From Minisyncoccia bacterium (GTDB taxonomy: Bacteria > Patescibacteriota > Minisyncoccia > SW-4-49-11), in NCBI GenBank assembly GCA_044356725.1, contig JBIKVS010000005.1:7876-71875 (forward strand): DNA of 64,000 nt, in the 5' to 3' direction. Under the pieces are notes generated by a model. The model ran no database searches and was not told where the DNA came from. It was given only the letters and a program-made list of their open reading frames with translations. The first letter of the stretch is position 1, and every line of letters begins with the position of its first letter. Both the position numbers and the translations under genes were made by a program. Shown one piece after another: positions 9,777-18,656 of this stretch.

Positions 9777-10508
9777 ATGTCTAATCCCGAAAAATACAAT
9801 CCAAATTCAGAGTCTAATGTTTACGAAGAAGTTAGTGCCGCAGAAATTTTTGCAAATAGAGCTCAAAGAGGAGAAAATGCAGATGTGAGGGAAACAGATG
9901 AAGGAATGGTCGAGAAAAGTGATAAGGCTGGTAAAACACCATTAATTGCTAGAGAATTCATAATTACAGATTATCTTCGTAATACCGGAGTAGTGCCAAA
10001 AGTAGATGTAGATTCCGGTTTATATGGATATCCTTTAACTTTTCAAATGGAAAAAATTAATAATGGTGCATCTTTACAAGATTGGTTATACTATTACTCA
10101 CAAAGAGACAGAGGTATTTATGTCCCCAAAGAAACTATTGCTGAAATTCTAGACAAAACTGCAGAAGCTATCAAAAAAGTTTGGGACGAAGGAGTTGTAC
10201 AAGGTGATTTACATTTGAATAATATTATTATAGGAGAAAAGAAAAGAAAGCTAGCCCCACATATTATAGATTTTGGACTATCTGTTATTGACAGGGATAC
10301 CCTCCTAGAAGCAGCTCATAGCCTGGGGATTGAAGATGAAGTAGAAGAAGCCCAAGATTCTTTTACAAGAGAAATCATCTCCTCCTATGATGATTCAGAC
10401 GGAGAAGCGGAATTTTTGATATCACATCTTGAGAGCTATATTTGTGAAGCCAATATCCCTGGGTTAAATGACTTGGTTGTTAAACTAAACAAAAGCCTAA
10501 AGTTATAA
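9777..10508 (+). CDS. protein-kinase-like fold protein
   Basis: VVQGDLHLNNIIIGE (catalytic-loop-like HxDLxxxN) followed by IIDFGLSV (DFG). Confidence 0.4.
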   Translation: MSNPEKYNPNSESNVYEEVSAAEIFANRAQRGENADVRETDEGMVEKSDKAGKTPLIAREFIITDYLRNTGVVPKVDVDSGLYGYPLTFQMEKINNGASLQDWLYYYSQRDRGIYVPKETIAEILDKTAEAIKKVWDEGVVQGDLHLNNIIIGEKKRKLAPHIIDFGLSVIDRDTLLEAAHSLGIEDEVEEAQDSFTREIISSYDDSDGEAEFLISHLESYICEANIPGLNDLVVKLNKSLKL

Positions 10509-10566
10509 ATAATTGACATTTTGTACAATCTATGCTAACATGGGTAGCATTTTGTGAAGCTACTTA

Positions 10567-10968
10567 ATGAAAGGATCTTGGTTCATTGAGATAGATAAGG
10601 ATATTCTTAAGTTTATCAAGCCAATATACAGTCAAGTCCCTCAGAAACTTACAATTCCCTTGGGTTTTGGTGTGTTTGATGAGGATGACTACAATCTTTT
10701 CAAAACATGGTTAGATCTTGAGATCCAGATTCCGATAAATGGTATTATTGTTTTATCTCAACTAGGAGTACAGTTACTAAAATTCAATCTTTCAGAAAAC
10801 CTTCTAAGAGATTTTGCAGGATTAGATTATCCAGTAAAATCACAATGTGCTGTACTCTCTTATGAGAATCAATTTGACCCAGACATCCTTTTCCAGGATA
10901 TTGAGGGGAATACATCTAATTGCCATTTAACATCGCTTACTGGAAAAATACAATTCCAGTCTCTTTGA
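10567..10968 (+). CDS. hypothetical protein
   Basis: 133-aa ORF. A hairpin plus T-run (ccagcctgcttttaggctgg-atattttt) follows at 10976-11010. Confidence 0.3.
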   Translation: MKGSWFIEIDKDILKFIKPIYSQVPQKLTIPLGFGVFDEDDYNLFKTWLDLEIQIPINGIIVLSQLGVQLLKFNLSENLLRDFAGLDYPVKSQCAVLSYENQFDPDILFQDIEGNTSNCHLTSLTGKIQFQSL

Positions 10969-11187
10969 ACTAATCTGTCCAGCCTGCTTTTAGGCTGGAT
11001 ATTTTTATTTATATACTACCTTATTTACCTAATACTTCCCCTAAAAAATCCCCTCTTGAGGGGTGGACAGCTTCGCTGGACGGGGTGGATAATTAGTAAA
11101 AATATCTCCAAATGGAGAAAAAATCCAGATATTTGTCTTGCTCTATTCTATCCTGCAAGATAGCATATTGTAGTTGTACGTATTCAA

Positions 11188-12339
11188 TTACCGGAACCGA
11201 TACTTTTTCTGACATTTTTTCCAATAACTCATAAATGAACCATAATATGAATTAATCTCAGGATACATATAATCAATTGGTATAAAATTAATGTTAGGTA
11301 TCACATTCCAATGCTCAATCGCAGGATATTGTCTTGCTGTGATGGTTTTATAGTTACTAAGGTCTAAATCACCTATTTCACCCACAAATACCTGGAGATT
11401 ATCGATATTGGAGGCAAGATCAAGTATAAAATTAATTCGCTTTTGAGACATTGGAAACTTAACAAAATGACTTGGTTCTAGAATTAATATTCTATCAGAT
11501 TGAGAGATATGGCTAGCAAATGTTGGATCTAGACTCCAAGGATGAAACAATATAAGGTTTTCTGACTGTACGCCATTATGTTGATATAATTTCATAGCTG
11601 AATCTTGCTCCTGGTACTCCTCTATCCATATATTGAGGAGACATACCAAATCCAAATTCACTGTCTTAACAAGAACATCCGGTGTCTTTAATATTGCTAA
11701 TTCCTCATAAGACACATCAAGAAAGGTGTTATATTGATTTGTCTTAGAATACTTGTTGATATTTTCTTGATTTGCAAAATACTTTTTGGAACTAAATGTC
11801 CCTGATACCCATTGCCATGACAAAGTATTGGAGGCTATATCTCCATCTAGTAGATGATAATACATCCATTGACTTGGGATTTTCCAATATGATTTAGCGA
11901 TATTAGTGACTAGAGAAGCCGTCCACATTCTTGCATGATTATGCATATATCCAGTCTGGTAGAGTTCTTCAATGGCTGAGTCTATAGTATTGATACCAGT
12001 ATTAGCATCCACTATATTTAAGGAGATTTGAGTATTAGAATAAGATGCTGGATGTTTTAGGTCAGTCCAAATATCATCCATTTTATTTTCCCACACTCTA
12101 AGAAAATACTCCTTCCACGCAAGTTCAAATAGCAGCTTTTCTATCTTTTCAGATGAATAATTAGTTTCTAAAAAAGTTTTGACTTGATTTAGACCTATCA
12201 CCCCATGAGTAAGATAGGGCGATAAACGCGTCACATTTCCATCAAGAAAATCACGAGATTTAGAATAAGAAACTGGATCTATGTTGCTTATCAGGTCAAT
12301 TATTTGGCTATACTGAGTAGTAAATTGATTATCCCTCAT
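11188..12339 (-). CDS. cryptochrome/photolyase-family protein with permuted domain order (FAD-binding domain first, alpha/beta domain second)
   Basis: N-terminal half carries TRLSPYLTHG, QTGYMHNHARMWTASL and LLDGDIASNTLSWQWVSG, all hallmark FAD-binding-domain motifs. C-terminal half (LILFHPWSLD...) resembles the photolyase N-terminal alpha/beta domain. The start overlaps the stop of the upstream gene (TAATG). Confidence 0.6.
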   Translation of the reverse strand: MRDNQFTTQYSQIIDLISNIDPVSYSKSRDFLDGNVTRLSPYLTHGVIGLNQVKTFLETNYSSEKIEKLLFELAWKEYFLRVWENKMDDIWTDLKHPASYSNTQISLNIVDANTGINTIDSAIEELYQTGYMHNHARMWTASLVTNIAKSYWKIPSQWMYYHLLDGDIASNTLSWQWVSGTFSSKKYFANQENINKYSKTNQYNTFLDVSYEELAILKTPDVLVKTVNLDLVCLLNIWIEEYQEQDSAMKLYQHNGVQSENLILFHPWSLDPTFASHISQSDRILILEPSHFVKFPMSQKRINFILDLASNIDNLQVFVGEIGDLDLSNYKTITARQYPAIEHWNVIPNINFIPIDYMYPEINSYYGSFMSYWKKCQKKYRFR

Positions 12340-13643
12340 TACTCTTCGCTCTTAGCATTAGCAGGAAGTTCCGCAAACATTAATTGCATAGTAGAGTTAT
12401 CACGAGTTAATCTCTTGATCGTGAGGTCCTCTGCTTTATTATTAGCTAATCTTAGATTATTCTCAGAAGACAAGAGAGCATCTTTTGTTTTTTGTAAATG
12501 GTCGATAGTTTTATCTATCTCTTCAATAGCAGTTTTAAATTTACGACTAGCAAGGTCATAATTTTTAGCAAAGCCTTCTTTGAATTTATTTATATTATCC
12601 TCAAAGTTTGTAATATCAATATTTTGACTTTTTACCAAAGCAAGTTCTGCTTTATACTCCAAAGAATTCATAGCCGCATTGCGTAACAAAGTAATAATTG
12701 GAATAAAAAATTGCGGACGAACAACATACATTTTAGAAAACCGATGAGACACATCAACAATTCCAGAATTATACAGTTCATTATCAGCTTCCAACAGTGA
12801 CACAAGTACAGCATATTCACATTTCTTTTCTGTACGGTCCTTATCCAATTCTCGTAAAAAATCTTCATTTCGCTTTTTTGTAGCAGTTCCGTCTCCCTCA
12901 TTCTTCATTTCAAACATAATTGAGATAATCTCATTACCTGCTTGGTCTGTCTCACGATAAATAAAGTCACCCTTGCTACCAGTTTTAGAGTCATTATCTT
13001 TCTCAAAATAAGCATTCTGAAAAGCAGTCGCACGAAGTTTATTGAATTCTGTCTCACAATGCTGTTCCAGAGTTTCACCAACCATTTTGGTAGATAGTTT
13101 GAGCTTCATATCTTTACGAAGAGCAATTTCATCATCTTTCATTTTTATAATATCATCCTTTGTCTTCAGTTCAGATGCAAACTTCTCATATAGAGATTTC
13201 TCTAATAATTGTTTTTCAGTTTCCTTATTTTTCAAATTATGAGCCAAATCATCTCGCTCTTTTTCAATCCTTTTGACAGCCTCAGTAACACTAAGTTTTT
13301 TCTCTATCTCGGACTTATCAATTTTAGACTTCATCTCAGCTAGTTCAGCCTCTTTCTTTGCCAATTGCTCAGCTAATTTCCGATCCTTTTCAGCCTTTAA
13401 GTCTAATAAATCTCTATCCTTCTTGGCTAATTCCTCTTGTAATTTATTTTTTAAGTTAGATTCAGCTAATTTGACAGCAATTTCTTTTTCTTTCTCAGCA
13501 ATAGATAATCTCTCTCTTAATTCCTCCTCGAATTTATGGTCGCGAACCTGTTTAATAATATCCGCAAAACCAGCCTCATCAACTTTGAAAGCTTTTTTAC
13601 AATTTGGACAAATAATATCGTTCATAATTTTATTCTTATTCAT
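12339..13643 (-). CDS. DUF2130-like protein: N-terminal zinc ribbon, long coiled coil, C-terminal PD-(D/E)xK-like region
   Basis: [33 protein letters not shown], then about 200 aa of heptad-rich E/K sequence, then ...[22 protein letters not shown]... Translationally coupled to the photolyase-like gene. Confidence 0.45.
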   Translation of the reverse strand: MNKNKIMNDIICPNCKKAFKVDEAGFADIIKQVRDHKFEEELRERLSIAEKEKEIAVKLAESNLKNKLQEELAKKDRDLLDLKAEKDRKLAEQLAKKEAELAEMKSKIDKSEIEKKLSVTEAVKRIEKERDDLAHNLKNKETEKQLLEKSLYEKFASELKTKDDIIKMKDDEIALRKDMKLKLSTKMVGETLEQHCETEFNKLRATAFQNAYFEKDNDSKTGSKGDFIYRETDQAGNEIISIMFEMKNEGDGTATKKRNEDFLRELDKDRTEKKCEYAVLVSLLEADNELYNSGIVDVSHRFSKMYVVRPQFFIPIITLLRNAAMNSLEYKAELALVKSQNIDITNFEDNINKFKEGFAKNYDLASRKFKTAIEEIDKTIDHLQKTKDALLSSENNLRLANNKAEDLTIKRLTRDNSTMQLMFAELPANAKSEE

Positions 13644-13701
13644 TCAATATATTTATAAAACACCTCGTAGATAATAAATTCCCTACGAGGTGTTGATGTG
13701 T

Positions 13702-14886
13702 TTACAAAACCTGTCTCAAGACTTCGTTTTCAACTTTATCGTAACAACTTTGCCACACATGTTTATTTTTACCTAACTTATTTGCACTCTTTGCTTCCTT
13801 AAGATGATCAATTACTCTTGTAACTAACTCTGTTTTCATTTCATGAAACATTAAAATTGGATCTGTCTTCCATTTGCATAATCCATCTTTAATCTCAACT
13901 AAGTTCCTAAAAGAGGCAAGTATTGGTAGAATAAATGACGATGGAATAATATATTCTGAATATCCTTCAATAAATTCTAATTCAATTTGCTTCGTTCTTT
14001 TCTTGTTAGCAAGATACATAATACCTTCAAGTTTTCCAAATTTACCTCCCGTTGAATTCCATGTATCTGGCATTTCTTGGTAAATAATATTTTTTAGTTC
14101 AAGAATCTTAGGTAATAATGGTAAATACTTATTCAGCTTATCTCTATGATTTTTAAAATGATTTAGTACTCCAGCCTTACTGCTATAGGCCATTATAGGA
14201 TGACTATTATTATCAAAAGATTCTATGTCAAAACAAATTAAATATGATAATATATCTTTTATATCAATATCCTTTTTGGATCCATCATCATCAAACTCTG
14301 TTTCTTTATAGGCAATTCGATTTGCATAAGTTTCAGAACTCAAAATGTTTTTGATTAAATCAAAGTTACCATATAAATCTTCAATTCCCTGATCTTTCAC
14401 AGCTGCAGACTTATTGCGAGCATATACAATATTGACAGCTTCCTCTTTATCAGTAAATCCACTCAAAATTTCTATTCTCAGATATGCCTCATCAAATGTT
14501 ATACCATCCCCAAGATCTAGTTCATCTAAAAGATATCGTATCACTGTATATGTATGACCTCCATCTAAAATTCCATGTAGATCTGATTGAACCAATTCGA
14601 GATACATATCTTTAGTATTAGTTTTAAAGTCAACCTTATCTACAAGTAATGTAATTCCTCTATTTTTAAAGAAGAATTCTTTTGGGGCATCAGTTAAAGA
14701 TTTTGAAATAATTTTAGAAACTCCAGTTTTTTCTGTAGCTTCTCTAGGATTTATTTTTTTCCATTCTTGTAATTCCTTGGGTACATTTTCAACTTTTACC
14801 ACAGCAATATACATTTGTTTTCCTTCTTGTTCAAGAGGGTTAGGAATACGGCGAAATGATTCTACAGGGACTTTAATAATTTCCAT
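13702..14886 (-). CDS. ParB/Srx-superfamily (DGQHR/DUF262-like) protein, putative defence component
   Basis: GILDGGHTYTVIRYL resembles the DGQ(Q/H)R signature of DUF262/DndB-type ParB-like domains. 394 aa, lies inside the defence island. Followed by a 10-bp-stem hairpin at 13663-13698. Confidence 0.3.
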   Translation of the reverse strand: MEIIKVPVESFRRIPNPLEQEGKQMYIAVVKVENVPKELQEWKKINPREATEKTGVSKIISKSLTDAPKEFFFKNRGITLLVDKVDFKTNTKDMYLELVQSDLHGILDGGHTYTVIRYLLDELDLGDGITFDEAYLRIEILSGFTDKEEAVNIVYARNKSAAVKDQGIEDLYGNFDLIKNILSSETYANRIAYKETEFDDDGSKKDIDIKDILSYLICFDIESFDNNSHPIMAYSSKAGVLNHFKNHRDKLNKYLPLLPKILELKNIIYQEMPDTWNSTGGKFGKLEGIMYLANKKRTKQIELEFIEGYSEYIIPSSFILPILASFRNLVEIKDGLCKWKTDPILMFHEMKTELVTRVIDHLKEAKSANKLGKNKHVWQSCYDKVENEVLRQVL

Positions 14887-15135
14887 AAAATTTAGTTAAG
14901 TTAATAAGTACATAGGACGATATTGTCGTATAAGAATGCTACATATATTTGATAATTAAACTAATTCATAACACAAAAAAGTGCGGTATATGCGCACTTA
15001 GAATTATCAAAACTTATTTTATAATTGTATTATATTAAGTACTAGATATAATCTAAGCACCTTTCTGAGCCTTAGCTACAGACACTGTAGAATGGGTAGA
15101 CCAAAAGTCATTCACTCTACCAGAGACCAACGCGC

Positions 15136-15185
15136 ATAGCAGTCGGTTAGGTTGTTTTTAATATAGCACAATTGATTAAGTTTGT
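15136..15185 (-). promoter_or_regulatory. sigma70-type promoter (TTGACA-17-TATATT) on minus strand
   Basis: Reverse complement of 15145-15185 reads ttgaca aacttaatcaattgtgc tatatt. It drives transcription towards 14886 through a structured leader. Confidence 0.45.
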
Positions 15186-15197
15186 CAAACTATAACA

Positions 15198-18100
15198 TTA
15201 TTTCACAATTTCTCGCTCTTCGGGGGTGAGTTGGTATAAGTCCATTACGAGTTCGTCAATTTCGGCTTCGAGGTGGATTGTGTCGCCATCTTTATTATAT
15301 TTTTTGGCTTCTAGAATTTGGTCTACTAAAGTTTGAATTTTATTAACCATATTTTCATTGGTTTCTGAGATTTTAGGGATAGGTATTTTTTCAAGAAATA
15401 TTTTTTTATATCTATAACCAGTTTCTCCTAGTCCTCCTCCAGCATAATATTTTTTAAAAATATAAGTGACAAAGTTTGAATTTAATAAACCACAAATATA
15501 TTTAATATTATTACCTGTAATCAAAAAAGTAGTAGCCTCACAATATAACTCACCCTTATCAAAATAAAATCTTGGCTCTCTCACAATTTCTGAGTACACC
15601 ACCTTCTCCTTTTCAAATTCGCCCATATAAGCACAATCTCTGAGATTATACTTTGTTTTACCTTTATCACCTCTTTTTGAAAGTTTTGGCTCATATTGAT
15701 TTAGGTGATTTTTTATAGCAGGATACCCATCTATTTGGATTGATGGCACACCTTTATATCCATTATGTGTAGTAATAAGGTATAATCCACTCTCTTCATA
15801 TCCATATCTTTTTATATCTCTTCCTCGTAGTATTAGCTTGATTATCTCTTCACTTTTTGGATCTTCTTTGATTAGTCTTGTTCTGGTCTCTTCATCAATG
15901 ATAAAGGCTTCATTTAGTCCTGTTAGAACTCCTCTATAAATATTTACATCCCAATTTTTGAGTGGTTTACCAAGCTTTTCAATTTTTTCTTTGAGGGCTA
16001 TTTCAGCTTTAGAGCCTATAAACCAAGTGTCTTTGGAAAGTTTATCTATATTTAATGAGTTTTTAGTAATATATTCAGTCAGGTTGTCTCCTTCTTTGAA
16101 ATCATTTTTGAAATGTATAGCTTGGAGTTGGTATTCTTGGGGAGTTCCTTTTTTAGCTAGATAAATATTGGTGTCTACTGTGGCTGATTTGAAGACTTTG
16201 AAGCCTCCAAAATCAATAAGTTGTAAGGGTATGGTATGATCGGCAAAATATCCCCTCAAAGCTTCGCCATAGCCTGCCCGCATCCATTTATTGGAGGTTA
16301 TGTAGCATAATATTCCGTCTTTTCGTAGTAAATCAAAACCTCTTTCATAAAATAAGGCATAAATATCTCCTGTAGATTTGAAAGTTAGATATCCCTCAGA
16401 TTTATAGGCTTTACTTATATATTCTGGGATGAGTTTTTTGTTTTGCAATTGTATATATGGCGGATTTCCAATTACTATGTCAAATCCTTCCGTGACTCCA
16501 AACATCCACTCTGGATCGAACCAGTCTGTGGCTTGATGAATAAATGGCTCCCAGTCTGCAATTTTTTTTGACATAATGCTACTGAATAATTTATCATATT
16601 TTTTTGTTAATTGCTTTTGAATTGATACAAATTGAGTTTTCAAACTTTCTTTTTCAGTATGTTCATTAAAAAATCTAGCTCTTAATGATTTTAATTTTGC
16701 AATTAATACTTCAATTTCTGGATCAGATAATTTACCTTGTCTAGTATTATTATCTAGGGATAATAAAGTGTTAGCGGATACAAATTTGAAGTCTAGGTTT
16801 GGGAGGGCTTCTATTCCCCTATTTTCTTTATTTTCTTGTATTTCTTGGTCAACTATTAAGGATAGGAAAAACCTTAGTCTAGAGATTTCTACGGCTGATT
16901 CTTGTATATCTACTCCGAATATACTAGTTTCTATAATTCCTAGTTTTCTTATATAGTCTATAGCTGGGTTAGATCTAAGTTCATTTCTTAGAGTCTCATT
17001 AGGTAATTTAGCTGTCATTAATTCTAGCCATAGGCTATTATCTGGGTCAATTTTTTGTAATATTATGAATATCTGTTGCAATATTCCCATTGGATAAGCT
17101 CCTGATCCACAGGCGGGGTCTAGGATTTTGAGTGTATCAAGGGCATTGATTATTGCTATTTTATTCTCGGGTGAAATATTGGATTCTTTATCAAAATTTT
17201 CAAAGCATAGGTCATCTAATATTTCTTTATTGATAGAAGTTTTATCTGCTAGATATTGTATGATTGTCTGTCTAACCATATATTCTACGATTGATCTTGG
17301 GGTATAAAAACTTCCTGTAGATTTGCGGGCTGTATCCCCTGTTTCTGGGTTTATCTCTCCTAGAAGATTTTCAAAGATTCTTCCGAGCATTTCTGGGTCT
17401 ACTGAGACTTCTACATCGGTAGTGCTATTCTCATCTATGGTAAAGTTATATCTTTCTAAAATTTGGAATATATCTTCAAAAAGAGAGTTATCTATTATTA
17501 GATTATTTTGATGTAATGAATATCCAGAAAAATTATCTAATTCATAGTAGTCTTGATTTATAGCTTCGAATAATCCTCCATTAAGATATGGTATTTGTTG
17601 AGAATACTTCAAACATTGACCTAGTGCATTATCGTCACGAGATCTAATTTTTTTATTAAGCATTTCAAAAAACACTTTTTCTAGTATTTGGTGATAATAG
17701 TCTGTATAATTCTGAACTGCTTTGGTAGAAATTAGTTCATCTGGGATTAAGCCTTTGCCTTGATTGTCTTTTTTGAATTTGAGAAACCAGACAAAAACTA
17801 ATCTTCCAATAAGTCTGACTGCAAAATCTTGATATATCTTGTGTCCTGTAATTGGATCTGTTGATGGTAATTTGAAAGCTGTATCATATTGTGCTTTAGC
17901 TGTTTTAGCTCCGACGAATTTATGAAACCAAGTGGCTATTTCCTTATAAAAGGCTTCGTTGACTTTCTCTACTGAAAAGGCTTCTATGATTTCGGCTAAA
18001 TTGATGTAGTTTAATTGTGAAATTCTATCTAGGAAGGTTTTATTGCTTTGTTCTCTATCTACAAAGTAGGTATATCTTTTGAAATTATTGTATTTTCTTT

Positions 18101-18482
18101 TATCATCTTGAATGTAGTTATAGATAAAGCTAAATCTGAAGTTAAAGTTGGAGTCATAGAATAAAAAGATTCCGTATTCAAATTGTTGTTGATTTTCTCG
18201 GATGAGATTTTTGGCTAAATCGTATTGTGCTTTCTTACCTGTTTTTTCGGATAGACTTCCATTGACTTTGACACTGATAAATCCTATTTTTTTATTATCT
18301 TCTAATACTTTGATTGCATATAAATATGGCTCAGAGAATTGGTTTTTGTCTATATTATATGTATATAATTCTTGCACTTGTATCATTGTGATACCTGGTA
18401 TATGACTGATATACTCTTCAAATGTATTATGAATTGAGTTTTCTGTCTGAGCCTGTATTATTTCTTGTAATAGGTGTTTCAT
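15198..18482 (-). CDS. Eco57I/MmeI-like N6-adenine DNA methyltransferase with TaqI_C-type specificity domain (Type IIG/IIL-like R-M protein)
   Basis: LDPACGSGAYPM (motif I), VIGNPPYIQ (motif IV, NPPY), C-terminal LTGLNEAF...RGRDIKRY target-recognition motif. 1094 aa. Confidence 0.75.
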   Translation of the reverse strand: MKHLLQEIIQAQTENSIHNTFEEYISHIPGITMIQVQELYTYNIDKNQFSEPYLYAIKVLEDNKKIGFISVKVNGSLSEKTGKKAQYDLAKNLIRENQQQFEYGIFLFYDSNFNFRFSFIYNYIQDDKRKYNNFKRYTYFVDREQSNKTFLDRISQLNYINLAEIIEAFSVEKVNEAFYKEIATWFHKFVGAKTAKAQYDTAFKLPSTDPITGHKIYQDFAVRLIGRLVFVWFLKFKKDNQGKGLIPDELISTKAVQNYTDYYHQILEKVFFEMLNKKIRSRDDNALGQCLKYSQQIPYLNGGLFEAINQDYYELDNFSGYSLHQNNLIIDNSLFEDIFQILERYNFTIDENSTTDVEVSVDPEMLGRIFENLLGEINPETGDTARKSTGSFYTPRSIVEYMVRQTIIQYLADKTSINKEILDDLCFENFDKESNISPENKIAIINALDTLKILDPACGSGAYPMGILQQIFIILQKIDPDNSLWLELMTAKLPNETLRNELRSNPAIDYIRKLGIIETSIFGVDIQESAVEISRLRFFLSLIVDQEIQENKENRGIEALPNLDFKFVSANTLLSLDNNTRQGKLSDPEIEVLIAKLKSLRARFFNEHTEKESLKTQFVSIQKQLTKKYDKLFSSIMSKKIADWEPFIHQATDWFDPEWMFGVTEGFDIVIGNPPYIQLQNKKLIPEYISKAYKSEGYLTFKSTGDIYALFYERGFDLLRKDGILCYITSNKWMRAGYGEALRGYFADHTIPLQLIDFGGFKVFKSATVDTNIYLAKKGTPQEYQLQAIHFKNDFKEGDNLTEYITKNSLNIDKLSKDTWFIGSKAEIALKEKIEKLGKPLKNWDVNIYRGVLTGLNEAFIIDEETRTRLIKEDPKSEEIIKLILRGRDIKRYGYEESGLYLITTHNGYKGVPSIQIDGYPAIKNHLNQYEPKLSKRGDKGKTKYNLRDCAYMGEFEKEKVVYSEIVREPRFYFDKGELYCEATTFLITGNNIKYICGLLNSNFVTYIFKKYYAGGGLGETGYRYKKIFLEKIPIPKISETNENMVNKIQTLVDQILEAKKYNKDGDTIHLEAEIDELVMDLYQLTPEEREIVK

Positions 18483-18545
18483 ATATTAGGTTATTACCTA
18501 TAATATTCTCACTTTTATGATATATTGTCAATTTAATATTTTATG

Positions 18546-18656
18546 ATTTCTATCGACAAAAATTGTCGATAGAAATTTATTACCCGCTATATTGGCTTAT
18601 TTATAAGCTTTTTCTATCGACAATTTTTGTCGATAGATTGTCGATAGAAATTATTC
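18546..18656. promoter_or_regulatory. conserved operator-like module with perfect palindrome ATTTCTATCGACAA-AAA-TTGTCGATAGAAAT plus two further half-sites
   Basis: 31-bp perfect inverted repeat at 18546-18576. Second inverted repeat ctatcgacaa-ttt-ttgtcgatag at 18615-18637. Extra half-site ttgtcgatagaaat at 18640-18653. The same roughly 115-bp module recurs at 40965-41080. Confidence 0.5.

Noticed and set aside
9777-10508. Calling 9777-10508 a bona fide Ser/Thr kinase (PknB-like)
   Set aside because: Only the catalytic-loop-like and DFG-like segments are visible. The glycine-rich loop and VAIK lysine are not evident, so it is kept as a generic kinase-like fold at low confidence.
18546-18576. 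Reading the 31-bp palindrome as a Rho-independent terminator for the upstream AlbA_2 gene
   Set aside because: On the transcribed (minus) strand neither palindrome is followed by a U-run, and the stems are entirely A/T-rich. Conservation of the exact sequence at a second locus with different upstream genes fits an operator better.
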